Shown here piece by piece: positions 1-11,052 of a DNA stretch of 64,000 bases. Made by a program: the position numbers and the translations under genes. This stretch comes from Eledone cirrhosa (taxonomy: Eukaryota): positions 167,400,001-167,464,000 of the forward strand of contig OZ024741.1 in the NCBI GenBank assembly GCA_964016885.1, read 5' to 3'. The notes beneath the pieces are model-generated. The model was not told the DNA's origin. It ran no database searches and saw nothing but the letters and a program-made list of their open reading frames with translations. The stretch's first letter is position 1. Each line of letters opens with the position of its first letter.

Positions 1-187
1 TATATATATGTGCCTGTCTAAAATTCAACGTCACTAACAAGATTTAAACAGAATAAGACACATATCAGCATTCTATTTGGCTGGAATGTGTTAATATAAT
101 AATGATAAAGTCTCCAAGCACAATACAAAGAGTTGTATGCATATATATATGCATATATATATATATATACGTGGGAAAGTATGTATA

Positions 188-239
<52 letters not shown>

Positions 240-538
240 TACATATATAGTTTTGCAAGACATTTTATCTGAAAACGTGTGTTGAAACAGATATTGTTAT
301 ACTTTGGGAGGGTCATTCCATGTTTTTTGTTGGTAGAGAAAAACCACAGACCCTCCATCTCAACTCACCTTTTGAAAAGCAGAAGAACTGCGAAACCGGT
401 AAAGGAACCAAATAAATATATATATTTTTTAAAAAAATAAGACTTCGGTTGCATTTTCGATTTCATCTCTTTTTCTTTATACTTCCACTCGTGTAGGACA
501 CCTCGGTTATTTTTCATTTTGTAAAAAAAAAACCTCAC

Positions 539-576
<38 letters not shown>

Positions 577-582
<6 letters not shown>

Positions 583-1597
583 GGAAAAAATTAAACGAAA
601 TTTCATTTCCCACTCTTAGTACGGCTGTTACATAAATATAAGTATGTACACGTACATACATATATGTATACAGGCGTACAGTAGTATGTATATATATATA
701 CATACATGCACCCATATATATATGTACGTATAGATCCACCGAACATGTATTATAATGCTCGGTGTGTTTGTAAACAAACATCCCGTATTAAGCCGTAGTG
801 TTCAGCAACCATCGTTGCTCGTTTGTTCAACACTGAGAAAGGAACGCTGTACTAGTTTCAAGCTTATTAGCTATCGTCAACAACGTATACCTTCCTGCCA
901 GATTGTTGAACGTATATACTTATCTTATGCATATTAACGGCTGAGTAGCCCAATTTGCATATCGAGTGGGTTAATCGGCCGGGTGCACCGAAAACGATAA
1001 ACGGAAGAAATGAATCAAAATTTCATTTCCTACTCTTAGTACGGCTGTTACTTAAATATAAGTATGTACACGTACATACATATATGTATACAGACGTACA
1101 GTAGTATGTATATATATATACATACATGCACCCATATATATATATGTACGTATGGATTCACCGAACATTTATTATAATGCTCGGTGTGTTTGTAAACAAA
1201 CATCCCGTATTAAGCCATAGTGTCCAGCAACCATCGTTGCTCATTTGTTCAACACTGACAAAGGAACGCTGTACTAGTTTCAAGCTTATTAGCTATCGTC
1301 ACCAACGTATTCCTTCCTGCCAGATCGTTGAACGTATATACTTACCTTATGCATATTAACGGCTGAGTAGCCCAATTTGCATATCGAGTGGGTTAATCGG
1401 CCGGGTGCACCGAAAACGATAAACGGAGAAAATGAAACAAAATTACATTTCCCACTCTTCGTACCGCTGTTACTTAAATATAAGTATGTACACGTACATA
1501 CATATATGTATACATACGTATGGATTCACCGAACATCGGTGAATCCTTACGTACATATATATATGGGTGCATGTATGTATATATATATACATACTAC
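577..1597 (-). mobile_element. ~421-bp tandem repeat (2 full units + partial) with inverted end; Penelope pLTR/retrozyme-like
   Basis: Units start at 577, 997 and 1419. Segment ~1536-1597 is an inverted copy of unit sequence. Each full unit has a degenerate hammerhead. Copy 2 at 36351-37371. Confidence 0.7.
844..886 (-). ncRNA. Degenerate minimal type I hammerhead ribozyme (C3 mutated)
   Basis: Minus strand reads ACGUUG-UUGACGA-U-AGCU-AAUA-AGCU-U-GAAA-CUAG-UA-CAGCGU. Further copies at 1266-1308, 36618-36660 and 37040-37082. Confidence 0.65.
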
Positions 1598-2260
1598 AGC
1601 AGAAAATTTCACAACCTATCTATTAAGAAGCCAAAATTCTAGAAGTTATTGTCTTAACAAACAAATATAGGTTTTACTTTAGCATATCTATAGTCTACAC
1701 AGTGTAATGATTTGACCTGTTTACTGAGACTTGAGCTGTGTAATAACCTGATCTCTCTACTGAGAGGTCACCTGAACTGTCTACTGAGACTTCAGCTGAT
1801 CTTGTGATTTTGTCATCAGATATACCACACGCTGAACTGTAAATAACAAGATTGACTGTACATTATTTGTAAATGACCAGGTAAAGCAGAGATTGTTCTG
1901 TAAATGATCAGATAAACTATACACAGATCTGTAAAAGACCAGGAGGATGACATGCTAAAGTAGCACCCACATTATTCCTCCATATCTAAGAGGCAATCAA
2001 ATATAGGGGCCCTTCATTAAGTACATGGGATCAAGTTTGTAAACCCAACTAAATGAACCAAACATCTTAAAAATTGAGAATTATACAATTTGTACTTGGT
2101 AACAAAACAAAAAAAATAAATAAAACCTTTTTTAATGATATAACATAAATATTCAATAAAAATATCAATGGAATAAATAAATACATTTATCATTTATCTG
2201 GTTCAAATGATTGTGAAGGGAAGTTGTTGAAAGACCATAAATATATATGTGTGTGTGTGA

Positions 2261-2321
<61 letters not shown>

Positions 2322-2525
2322 TAAATATATATATATATATATATACATATATATACCAGTTTAACCCATGCAAAATAGATATTGTTTTCATTTACTTTTT
2401 GCACACCCACACCTACACAGACACACACACATATATATACATACATGCATATATATATACACATACACACATATATATACACACACACACATATATATAT
2501 ATACATATACACATATATATATATA

Positions 2526-3860
2526 TTGAGATTGACGAATATAGGGTCCAAGAGGCGATTAAGGAAATGAAAAATGGTAAGGCCGCGGGACGGTCGGGGA
2601 TAGTTGCTGAGACGCTGAAGGCATCAGGGGATGTAGGCACTAAACTGGTTGCACGCATCATCAATCAGGCTATATATGGCAGCGTCATACCCAAAGACTG
2701 GTGCAGCAGTATTCTCATAAATTGCTACAAAGGTAAATGGGATGCTCTGGAGAGGAGCAATTATAGGGGCATAAAACTGATGGATCAGGTTATGAAAGTG
2801 GCAGAAAGGATATTAGCGCAACTAATTAGAGAAAGGGTCAAACTAAATGAGATGCAGTTTGGTTTTGTGCCTCGGAAAAGTACAACAAATACCCTCTTCT
2901 TAGTGAGAGAATTACAAGAGAGGTTCTTAGAGAAGAATAAGCCACTATACTTATCTTTTGTTGACCTAGAAAAGGCCTTTGATAGGGTACCTCGATCTGT
3001 CATCTGGTGGTCCCTAAGGAAACTAGGTGTTGAGGAATGGCTTGTGAGGACAGTGCAAGCTTTGTACAGAGGTGCTGTCAGTAAAGTGAGGGCAGGAATG
3101 GAGTTTCGTGAGCAATTCCAGATACAAGTAGGAGTACATCAGGGTTTGGTCCTCAGCTCGCTCTTGTTCATTATAGTCCTCCAAGACATAACAGAGGAGT
3201 TTAAGACTGGCTGTCCATGGGAACTACTCTATGCTGACGATCTGGTTCTTATAGCAGAATCAGTAGAGGAGCTAGAGAATAAATTCTGGCTATGGAAATA
3301 GCAGTTGGAATGAAGAGGACAGAGTGAATCTAGCTAAGACAAATGTGTTGATGATTAGAAAAGGGGACAAAACTCTGATTCCGTCAGGGAAATGGCCATG
3401 TTCGATATGCAGAAAAGGAACTGGCATAAATTCTATAAAATTCACACAATGCAGATCTTGGGTACACAAGAGATATAGTGGGATAGCAGGCAAACTAACA
3501 GGTAGGGAGAAATACGTATGCAGTAGATGTACAGGGATATTAGACAGTAGAAGTCGCATTGATAGACACATTTTTCAAATGCAGGCGGGTGCTATAGAAG
3601 TTGTTGATAGCTTCTGGTACCTAGGTGATCAGATTAGCATAGGAGAGGGGTGTTCCGAGGCCATAGTATCTAGAATAAGGACGGTTTGCCAGAAGTTTAG
3701 GGAGCTGCTTCCTCTGAGGACGAAGAAGGGTTTCTCCCTGCATACGAAAGGCCAGCTATATGATGTTGTGTGAGATGTACAATGCTGCATGGTAATGAGA
3801 CATGGGCAGCAACTGCAGAGGACATACGACGGCTAGAGATACATGAGGCAAGCATGCTCG
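2526..3860 (+). mobile_element. RTE-like LINE reverse transcriptase fragment (pseudogenised)
   Basis: NYRGIKL, QFGF, FVDLEKAFD, GVHQG and LLYADD motifs, then a Cys-rich WPCSICRKG..CRSWVHKR insert. Stops and a frameshift at ~3300. Confidence 0.9.
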
Positions 3861-4025
3861 AATTATATAATTTGTACATGGTAACTAAAAAAAAGAAAAA
3901 ACTTTTTTAATGATATAACATAAATATTCAATAAAAATATCAATGGAATAAATAAATACAACATTTATCATTTATCTGGTTCAAATGATTGTGAAAGGAA
4001 TTTGTTGAAAGACCATATATATATA

Positions 4026-4068
<43 letters not shown>

Positions 4069-4183
4069 TAATAAAAGGAATTCCAACTTTGTCTGATTTA
4101 CTCGTTTTATTTACAATCCTTTAAAATTTATAATGGTATTAGAATGAAATAGTATGGCAGAATATTAAATGTTAAGTGTTAAT

Positions 4184-4222
4184 TGAACAAGTACTTTCAT
4201 GCTTTCGCAATCTTCAGGTTCA
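4184..4222 (-). ncRNA. Minimal type I hammerhead ribozyme, intact core
   Basis: Minus strand reads UGAAC-CUGAAGA-U-UGC-GAAA-GCA-U-GAAA-GUAC-UU-GUUCA: 5-bp stem I, GNRA-capped stem II, palindromic stem III. Confidence 0.75.
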
Positions 4223-4227
4223 TAATG

Positions 4228-4290
4228 TGTGGTGACAGTCAAGTTTGCAATTTTCAACTGTTGAAAATTGCAAACTTGACTGTCACCACA
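4228..4290. repeat. Perfect 31-bp inverted repeat with 1-nt spacer
   Basis: tgtggtgacagtcaagtttgcaattttcaac-t-gttgaaaattgcaaacttgactgtcaccaca. Copy 2 at 40031-40093 has one mismatch. Confidence 0.95.
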
Positions 4291-4299
4291 TCAATGAGA

Positions 4300-4850
4300 G
4301 GGAAAGGGTGTATGGAATAATCCAACGATTATCAACAGTAAATTTTGACCTTTAAGTTGGATTGTATGGGTATGACCACCATACTGTCTATCCCTTCTTC
4401 TATACTCCGGAAAGGAATTTTCAGCAACAAATGTGGTTTGTCTGAATGCCTTGGGATAATTTTTTGAGCAATGGCCTCAGCAGTTTCAGGCTTGCTATCT
4501 TCAGCCATTATCAGCAGAATATGAGCATGAGTGAGGCCTCGTTTTCTGCCACTCTATTGTAGCAGAATGAGCCACAACTTTTTGTTCAGTATGTCATCCA
4601 TGAGGCTGTCATAACTTGATCTTGAAGACTCTTGCACAAATATCAGGACGGTCGCTAGGTTCTTCACCAGGGTACAAACTATTTTTTATTTCCTTCCAGT
4701 TAGGGTTAGTTGTTACCGTGATGAAATAAGATGGCTTTCCCATGTGTCGAACTACAGTCATCGAATTCTGAAAGCACTCACTGCAGAAGCGAGGGGAACC
4801 ATAGATTGAAGGAGGAAGAACAATTCTCCGGCCTGCACTTGTTTTAGATG
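4300..4850 (-). mobile_element. Helitron Rep (HUH) domain fragment, decayed
   Basis: Minus strand encodes GSPR...GKPSYFITVTTNPNW...DRPDICARVF, an EWQK..GLTHAHILL-like HUH motif and VDNRWIIPY. Copy 2 at ~40100-40640. Confidence 0.85.
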
Positions 4851-5716
4851 TTAGACTGTGCCCATGCTGGGGTACCACGATTAAAGGATTTTCTTGACCT
4901 CAATTCCAGTACATATATTTTAAAATCTAATACTTATTTTATTGATCTCTTCTATTCTCTTTGAAATGTGTGTGTGAGTCTATGTTTTCATATGTATGAT
5001 GGTACCCTAGCGCTTGTGACGAGGATTCTTCCAGCTAGGTTTCTCAAATGGACTGCCTGAAATTAAGGTGAGAGTGTGTGAGCATTCCATAGACACGTAT
5101 AACGGAGGGTTTCAGGGTGGGACTATATTGGTTCTTCGACTTACTGGCAGAATACACTTTTTTTACTTCGGTGGAGAGGAGAACACAACGCACTGATGGG
5201 ATTCAAACTCTCAACATTACAATCACGAGACACACACACGGACATAAACGCACACACATATGCACACATACACAGATACAGTAACACACATATACACACA
5301 CATAAACACACCGCACATACATATATATATATACCTGTGTGAGTGAGTCTATGTACTTATGCAATGGTAAAAAGAATATACACCTGTGGATTGAATCTTA
5401 ATACTGTAGTAAATTATCCTTTCCTTACACACACACACACAGCCACATATACAGATAACCACACTATCGTCTATCTTTCTATCTACCTACCTATATATCT
5501 ATGTATCAATCTATCGACCTATCTATCTACCTGCCAACCTACCTGTCTATCTACCTCTCTCTCACACACACACACAAGTATATCTATTCTAGAGAGTGTC
5601 TCTGTTAGATGTATAATTGCATTCCAAGAATTACAAAGAATTTGCAAGTTACTTCATCCGGGGAGGATTAATAATACCTTCACTAACCTCGGAAGATGAT
5701 TTGGGTGCGGTATGTA

Positions 5717-5751
<35 letters not shown>

Positions 5752-5768
5752 TCGCGCATGTGCAGTAT

Positions 5769-5807
<39 letters not shown>

Positions 5808-5812
<5 letters not shown>

Positions 5813-7160
5813 GCGCATGTGCAGTATGGACCAGCCTTCGTGCATGCACAGTACAGACAGGCCTTCACGCATATGCAGTACGGAGCGGCCTTTGCGCATG
5901 CCCAGTACAGACCAATCTTCACACATGCACAGTATGGACCAACCTTTGCACATGCACACTTCGGACCAGCCTTTGCGCATGCGTACTTCGGACCAGCTTC
6001 TGCACATGTGCAGTACAGACCAGCCTTTATGCTGGCGCAGTACAGACCATTATTCGGGCATGCGCACTTTCGACCAGCCTACGCACATGCGCAGTACGGA
6101 CCAGCCTTTGTGCATGTGCAGTACAGACCAGTATTCGAGCATGCGCACTTCAGACCAGCCTTCCCACATGTGCAGTACGGACCAGCCTTCATGTATGAGC
6201 AGTACAGACCACCTACCGCGCATGAGCAGCATGGACCAGATTTCGCGCTTGCGCACTTCGGACCAGTCTTCGCACATGCGCAGTTCGGACCAGACGTCAC
6301 GTATGCACACTTTGGACCAGAGTTCGCGCATGCACAGTACAGACCAGCCTTCGCGCATGCGCAGTACGGACCAGCCTTCGTGCATGTGCAGTACGGACCA
6401 GCCTTCGTGCATGCGCAGTACCCACTGGCCTTCGAGCATGCTCAGTAATGATTAGACTTCGCGCTTGCGCAGTACGAACCCGCCTTCGCGCATGTGCAGT
6501 ATGAACCCGCCTTCGCACATGCGCTGTATGGACCAGACTTCGCACATGCGCTGTATGGACCAGACTTTACCCTTGCGCAGTACTGACAGCCTTCGCGCAT
6601 GCGCACTTATCACCAACCTTCGCGCATGCATACTTCGGACCAGACTTCGTGCATACTCACTTCAGACCAGACTTCGCGCATGCCCACTTCAGACCAGACC
6701 TTGCGCATGTGCACTTCAGACTGGCCTTCCCACATGCGCAGTACGACCCAGCCTTTGCTCATGCACAGTACGGAGCTGTCTTCACGCATGCGCACTTCAG
6801 ACCAGCATTCGCACATGCGCACTTCGGACCAGCCGACGAATGCGCACTTCGAGCCAACCTTCGCGCAAGCGCAGTACGGTACCAGCCTTCAACCATGCGC
6901 AGTACCGACCAGCCTTTGCGCATGCACAGTATGGAACAGACTTCGCGCATGTGCACTTGGGACCAGCCTTCGCGCATGCGCTGTACGGACCAGCCTTCGC
7001 ACATGTGCGGTTCGGACAAGCCTCCACGCATGAGCACTTTGGTCCAGCCTTTGCGCATGTGCACTTCAGACCAGCCTTCCGGTATGCACACTTCGGACCA
7101 AGCTTTGCGGATGCGCACTTCGGACCAGCCTTCGCGCATGCGCACTTCGGACCAGACTTT
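5808..7160. repeat. 27-bp GC-rich minisatellite (~50 units), consensus ttcgcgcatgcgcagtacggaccagcc
   Basis: Direct reading of the unit. Bracketed by ~125-bp direct repeats at ~5596-5720 and ~7203-7330. Confidence 0.95.
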
Positions 7161-8254
7161 ACCTATATATATGTCTATGTATAAATAGATATATTTGTGT
7201 GTGTGTCCGTTAGATGTATTATTGCATTTCATGAATTACGAAGAATTAACAATTTACTTCACCCGGGGAGGATTAATAATAGCTTCACTAACTTCGGAAG
7301 ACGATTTGTGTGTGGTGTGGTATGTAAGTGTGTGTGTATATATTTAAATATACATATATGTGTGTGTGTGTGTATCAGACATAATTTATATGCTATTACA
7401 TTTATATATATCTAACCAATGGGCGTAATAATACAACAGTGCTTAATCTAAACTATAGTAAAGTAAGAAGCGCGTGACTGCGTACGGTTTATAATTTTTT
7501 ATCCACTTAGTAAAATAATTTGGATTACTTTGAATAAATAATTGTTTCTAGTTTAGGCACAAGGCCAGCAATTACCCAGTGCATTACTGGTACTTTGAAT
7601 AAATAATGAATGAATATTACATAATTTATCTACTAAATTTCGTGGCTGTTCATTAAATATATTTTATTACTTATTTAAAGATTCCCTTCTTTAAAATGTT
7701 CAAATGTCAACACTTCAGGTTAGCGATTGTTTAAATAAATATTCATATATTTCTGTCACTAATTTTCTCCTAATGCAGTTTATATATAATATTGTATTTT
7801 TTTAATGTATCATGGATTACGTTACTGATTACATAAGACAGTGTAACACAGTCTTCCTTCAATTTCTGTGTATATTGTCAATTACGATTTTATTTGATGT
7901 ATCATATCTACATGCATATATATACCTGCGTATAATATCAATATACACACTACACAAGCTAGCAGAAAACTCCCAAAGGGTGGTTTTTCTACTAGTTATA
8001 TTAAGTGAGTTTTAAAAAAAAGAGTTAATAAATAAATAAAAAGTTATACTTGTTTTACCCTCCCATTTCCAATTAAATCGAACACTATCATGATTGTATG
8101 TGTGTGTTTGTGTAAATGTATATGTGTGAATGCATGTATGTTTGTGTGAAAGTATGTGTTGATTTGTGTTAACCTATATTACACGGCTCAGAAATACTCT
8201 TTCTTCGAGCTATTTCATTGTAAATGATCGCCTGAGATTTGAACTCATTATTAT

Positions 8255-8297
<43 letters not shown>

Positions 8298-8301
<4 letters not shown>

Positions 8302-8948
8302 ATAAAATAACAGATTAAAGTTTAAGCAAAGAATCGCTGCTTTCACCCTTAACGGGATCTTATGAAACTAACAAAGTCAATCTGTGAACGCAGAGGTGAA
8401 TATTTCAAAAAAGGTTGCAACCGGAGGAAGACAGGAAGACGATACTTTAGTTCGTGGAAAAGTTCCCTGGCAAAGAACGTGAAGAAACGAATATAATACG
8501 TCATTATTTGGAGCAGTGAAAAACAATTACACGCAAACACAAAACCACGTTTATGGTATAAAAGAAGTCGTAGGTGGTTCATTGAGACGTTCTCTGGCAA
8601 TGAACAGAAGAAAAAACCAAGGTAATACGTCATATGTTGAACGGGGAGAACAATTGCACGCAAAGACAAAACCACATAAATGGTATAACTGAAGTCGTAG
8701 ACTAAAATTCTAACTAGGAAACCGAATGATTCTCGGCTTCAGAGTTAAGAATAAAGTAAATAAAATACAGAGGGTATTGAAATTAAATAAATACATACAC
8801 GCATCCATATACACATACGCGAAAACACTCGCCATTGTATACAAATACACGCACGTACACAAAAAAAACAACAAAAAAACCTGTACGCACATACAGAACC
8901 CCAGAACCCATGCAACGCCTGTACCCGCACGCATACGCATATATATTA

Positions 8949-9014
<66 letters not shown>

Positions 9015-10435
9015 TGTGCGTGTGTGTGCGTGTATACATATAATTAAATAAACGTATATAAATAAATAAATACATATATAATAAGCGCACACACATACCT
9101 ACATGTAAATACACATATGTTCGGAGACGAACGTCAACCAAAACACAAAGTACACATATACACACACCCTACATACGTACGAACCAGCATACTCACACAG
9201 ACGCAAAACTCACGTATACACATAACCAAAAGCATATGTACCAGAATATATAATATATACGCCATAACATATACAATCAAATATACGTATGAGAGAGTAT
9301 ACGTACCTTCACAAAACATACAGGTAAAATATAATTACCTATACAAATAAGTGATGGTATAAACATAACATATACTTAGCTACCACATCAAGATGTAAAC
9401 TATCCGTTAGGGTATAATGTGGGGCTGTAATACAGGAAAGTTTTGTGCAATTTATGTTTACAAGCCAAAATTGCCTCAGATTTTTTGTTTAAGATGTGGT
9501 CTTTGGCGTAGAGCATTTCCAGCAGAGATCACATGGTCTTTTATTTCCGTTATACGATCTAGCCCTAGCTAGGATCTCCCAGTGTAACTTATATTGGGTG
9601 TGGTTGTCTTTTAGACTCCAGATATAAGCTGAAAGTGACGTCATATTCCTTCTTAAAGAGTAACGAAAAGAATGGGTATGCATGTAAAGACGCTGCTTGA
9701 ATCTATTGGCGGTTAACCCTATGTAGGCCCTACGGGACGTGGGTGTTTCAACCTTACATTTGAAGAAAATGTTACTAGAGAGGCATTTCCCGGATAGGGG
9801 GTAGTCAACCTGATTCCTACAATTACAGTTAGTACTAACTACAGGGTTGCATGTGTTCCTACGGCTAGGTAATTTAGCTAAATTTGAAGCTGTGATGTTA
9901 TGTGTGTCGTAGAGTAAGAAATTTTAATAGTATTTCTATTAAAAATGTTACTATATTTATGTGTAGGGGGAAAATGCTTCATAATAAGGGAGAGAAAGAT
10001 CTTAGCTAATGGTGTGGCCACCTCCATATTATATGGTGGGTTATACCATATAATGCATCGGGGTCTATTCTCGTACTCTGTATATGCTACCTTATCGACA
10101 AATACACTCCAAGCAAGAGCTTCATTGTAATATGTGGAATGGTCATAGAAAATATGCTCGTTAGTAGATAGACAGGAAAGCCTCAAAGAAACGTTTCTTA
10201 CCAGGTTCTTGGTTATGCTGGCAGGATGGTTAGAATGCTTACTTATGTAATTAAGCGTATCATTCTGCTTTCTATACGGGTAATGCAAGCCATTCGCTAA
10301 ATTGAGGGTAACGTCGAGGTAATAAACGACCGAGAGGTTGGCCTCAACCTGTATGGAGAGGTTGAAGCCTTTAAAGAAGGCTGTGAGTTCTTTTCTGAAC
10401 CTGTCGCAAGCACGTGGGCCGCACTTAGTCATGGT

Positions 10436-10437
<2 letters not shown>
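8298..10437 (-). mobile_element. Penelope-like retroelement (Naiad-type), 5'-truncated: RT thumb + GIY-YIG endonuclease + probable 3' pLTR
   Basis: Minus strand encodes YLDVTL, PYRK, SNHP, IIWYNPPY, IKISYS, CNCRNQVDYPLSGKCL, AYIGLTANRFKQRLYMHTHSF, CDLC and LNKKSEAILACKH, with a stop near 9400. (TA)n tracts at both ends. Extent below 9400 is inferred. Confidence 0.8.
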
Positions 10438-10471
<34 letters not shown>

Positions 10472-11052
10472 ACATAGATGCATTGCCAAAGAAAATTTGG
10501 ATAGCAAGCCAAAAAACTTACTTAACAATGGTAACATTTCAAAACTTCAGTATCCTACACAGCTGTTTCATGAGTGAAAATAGAAATGGCAGCAACAATA
10601 AGATGAAACACTCAAACATCAGCAGAATTTTCATCTAACTAAACGCATTATATACAACTCATCCCCATAGCTTCAAAGCAGGTTTTGAACGCACATAATG
10701 AGGAAACATAATAATATGAGGATACAGAAAGGCCAACGGGAATGCTAGAAATAATATATACAAATATATATATATACATATGTTAGAGATATTAAAATAT
10801 TTTTTACACCACAGTTCCCTATTATTATTTTTTTAATGGAAATGGAGTTGGGTATATCCCTCACCCCTACCCACCATGTTCCCTAGTTAGATCTCCTGCA
10901 GAACAAGTTGAGATATCTGCTGGGTTGTATGCAGTCACTAGAACTACATTGTATCTTTAGGAAAGTCACTTAACTCAGATGATAAACACCATGCTTTTTT
11001 TGTAACCAGCAGCAACTCTGTCAAATTAATTTCTAACATAAGTGCAATTGCC

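Noticed and set aside
332-444. ~113-bp segment absent from copy 2
   Set aside because: A real indel, but with no recognisable motif, TSD or function.
5808-7160. CRISPR-like array
   Set aside because: Contiguous 27-bp units with no unique spacers, no cas genes and a eukaryotic context.
18-9350. Many [12 protein letters not shown] ORFs here and throughout the window
   Set aside because: These are translations of (TA)n/(CA)n microsatellites whose length and frame differ between the two copies.
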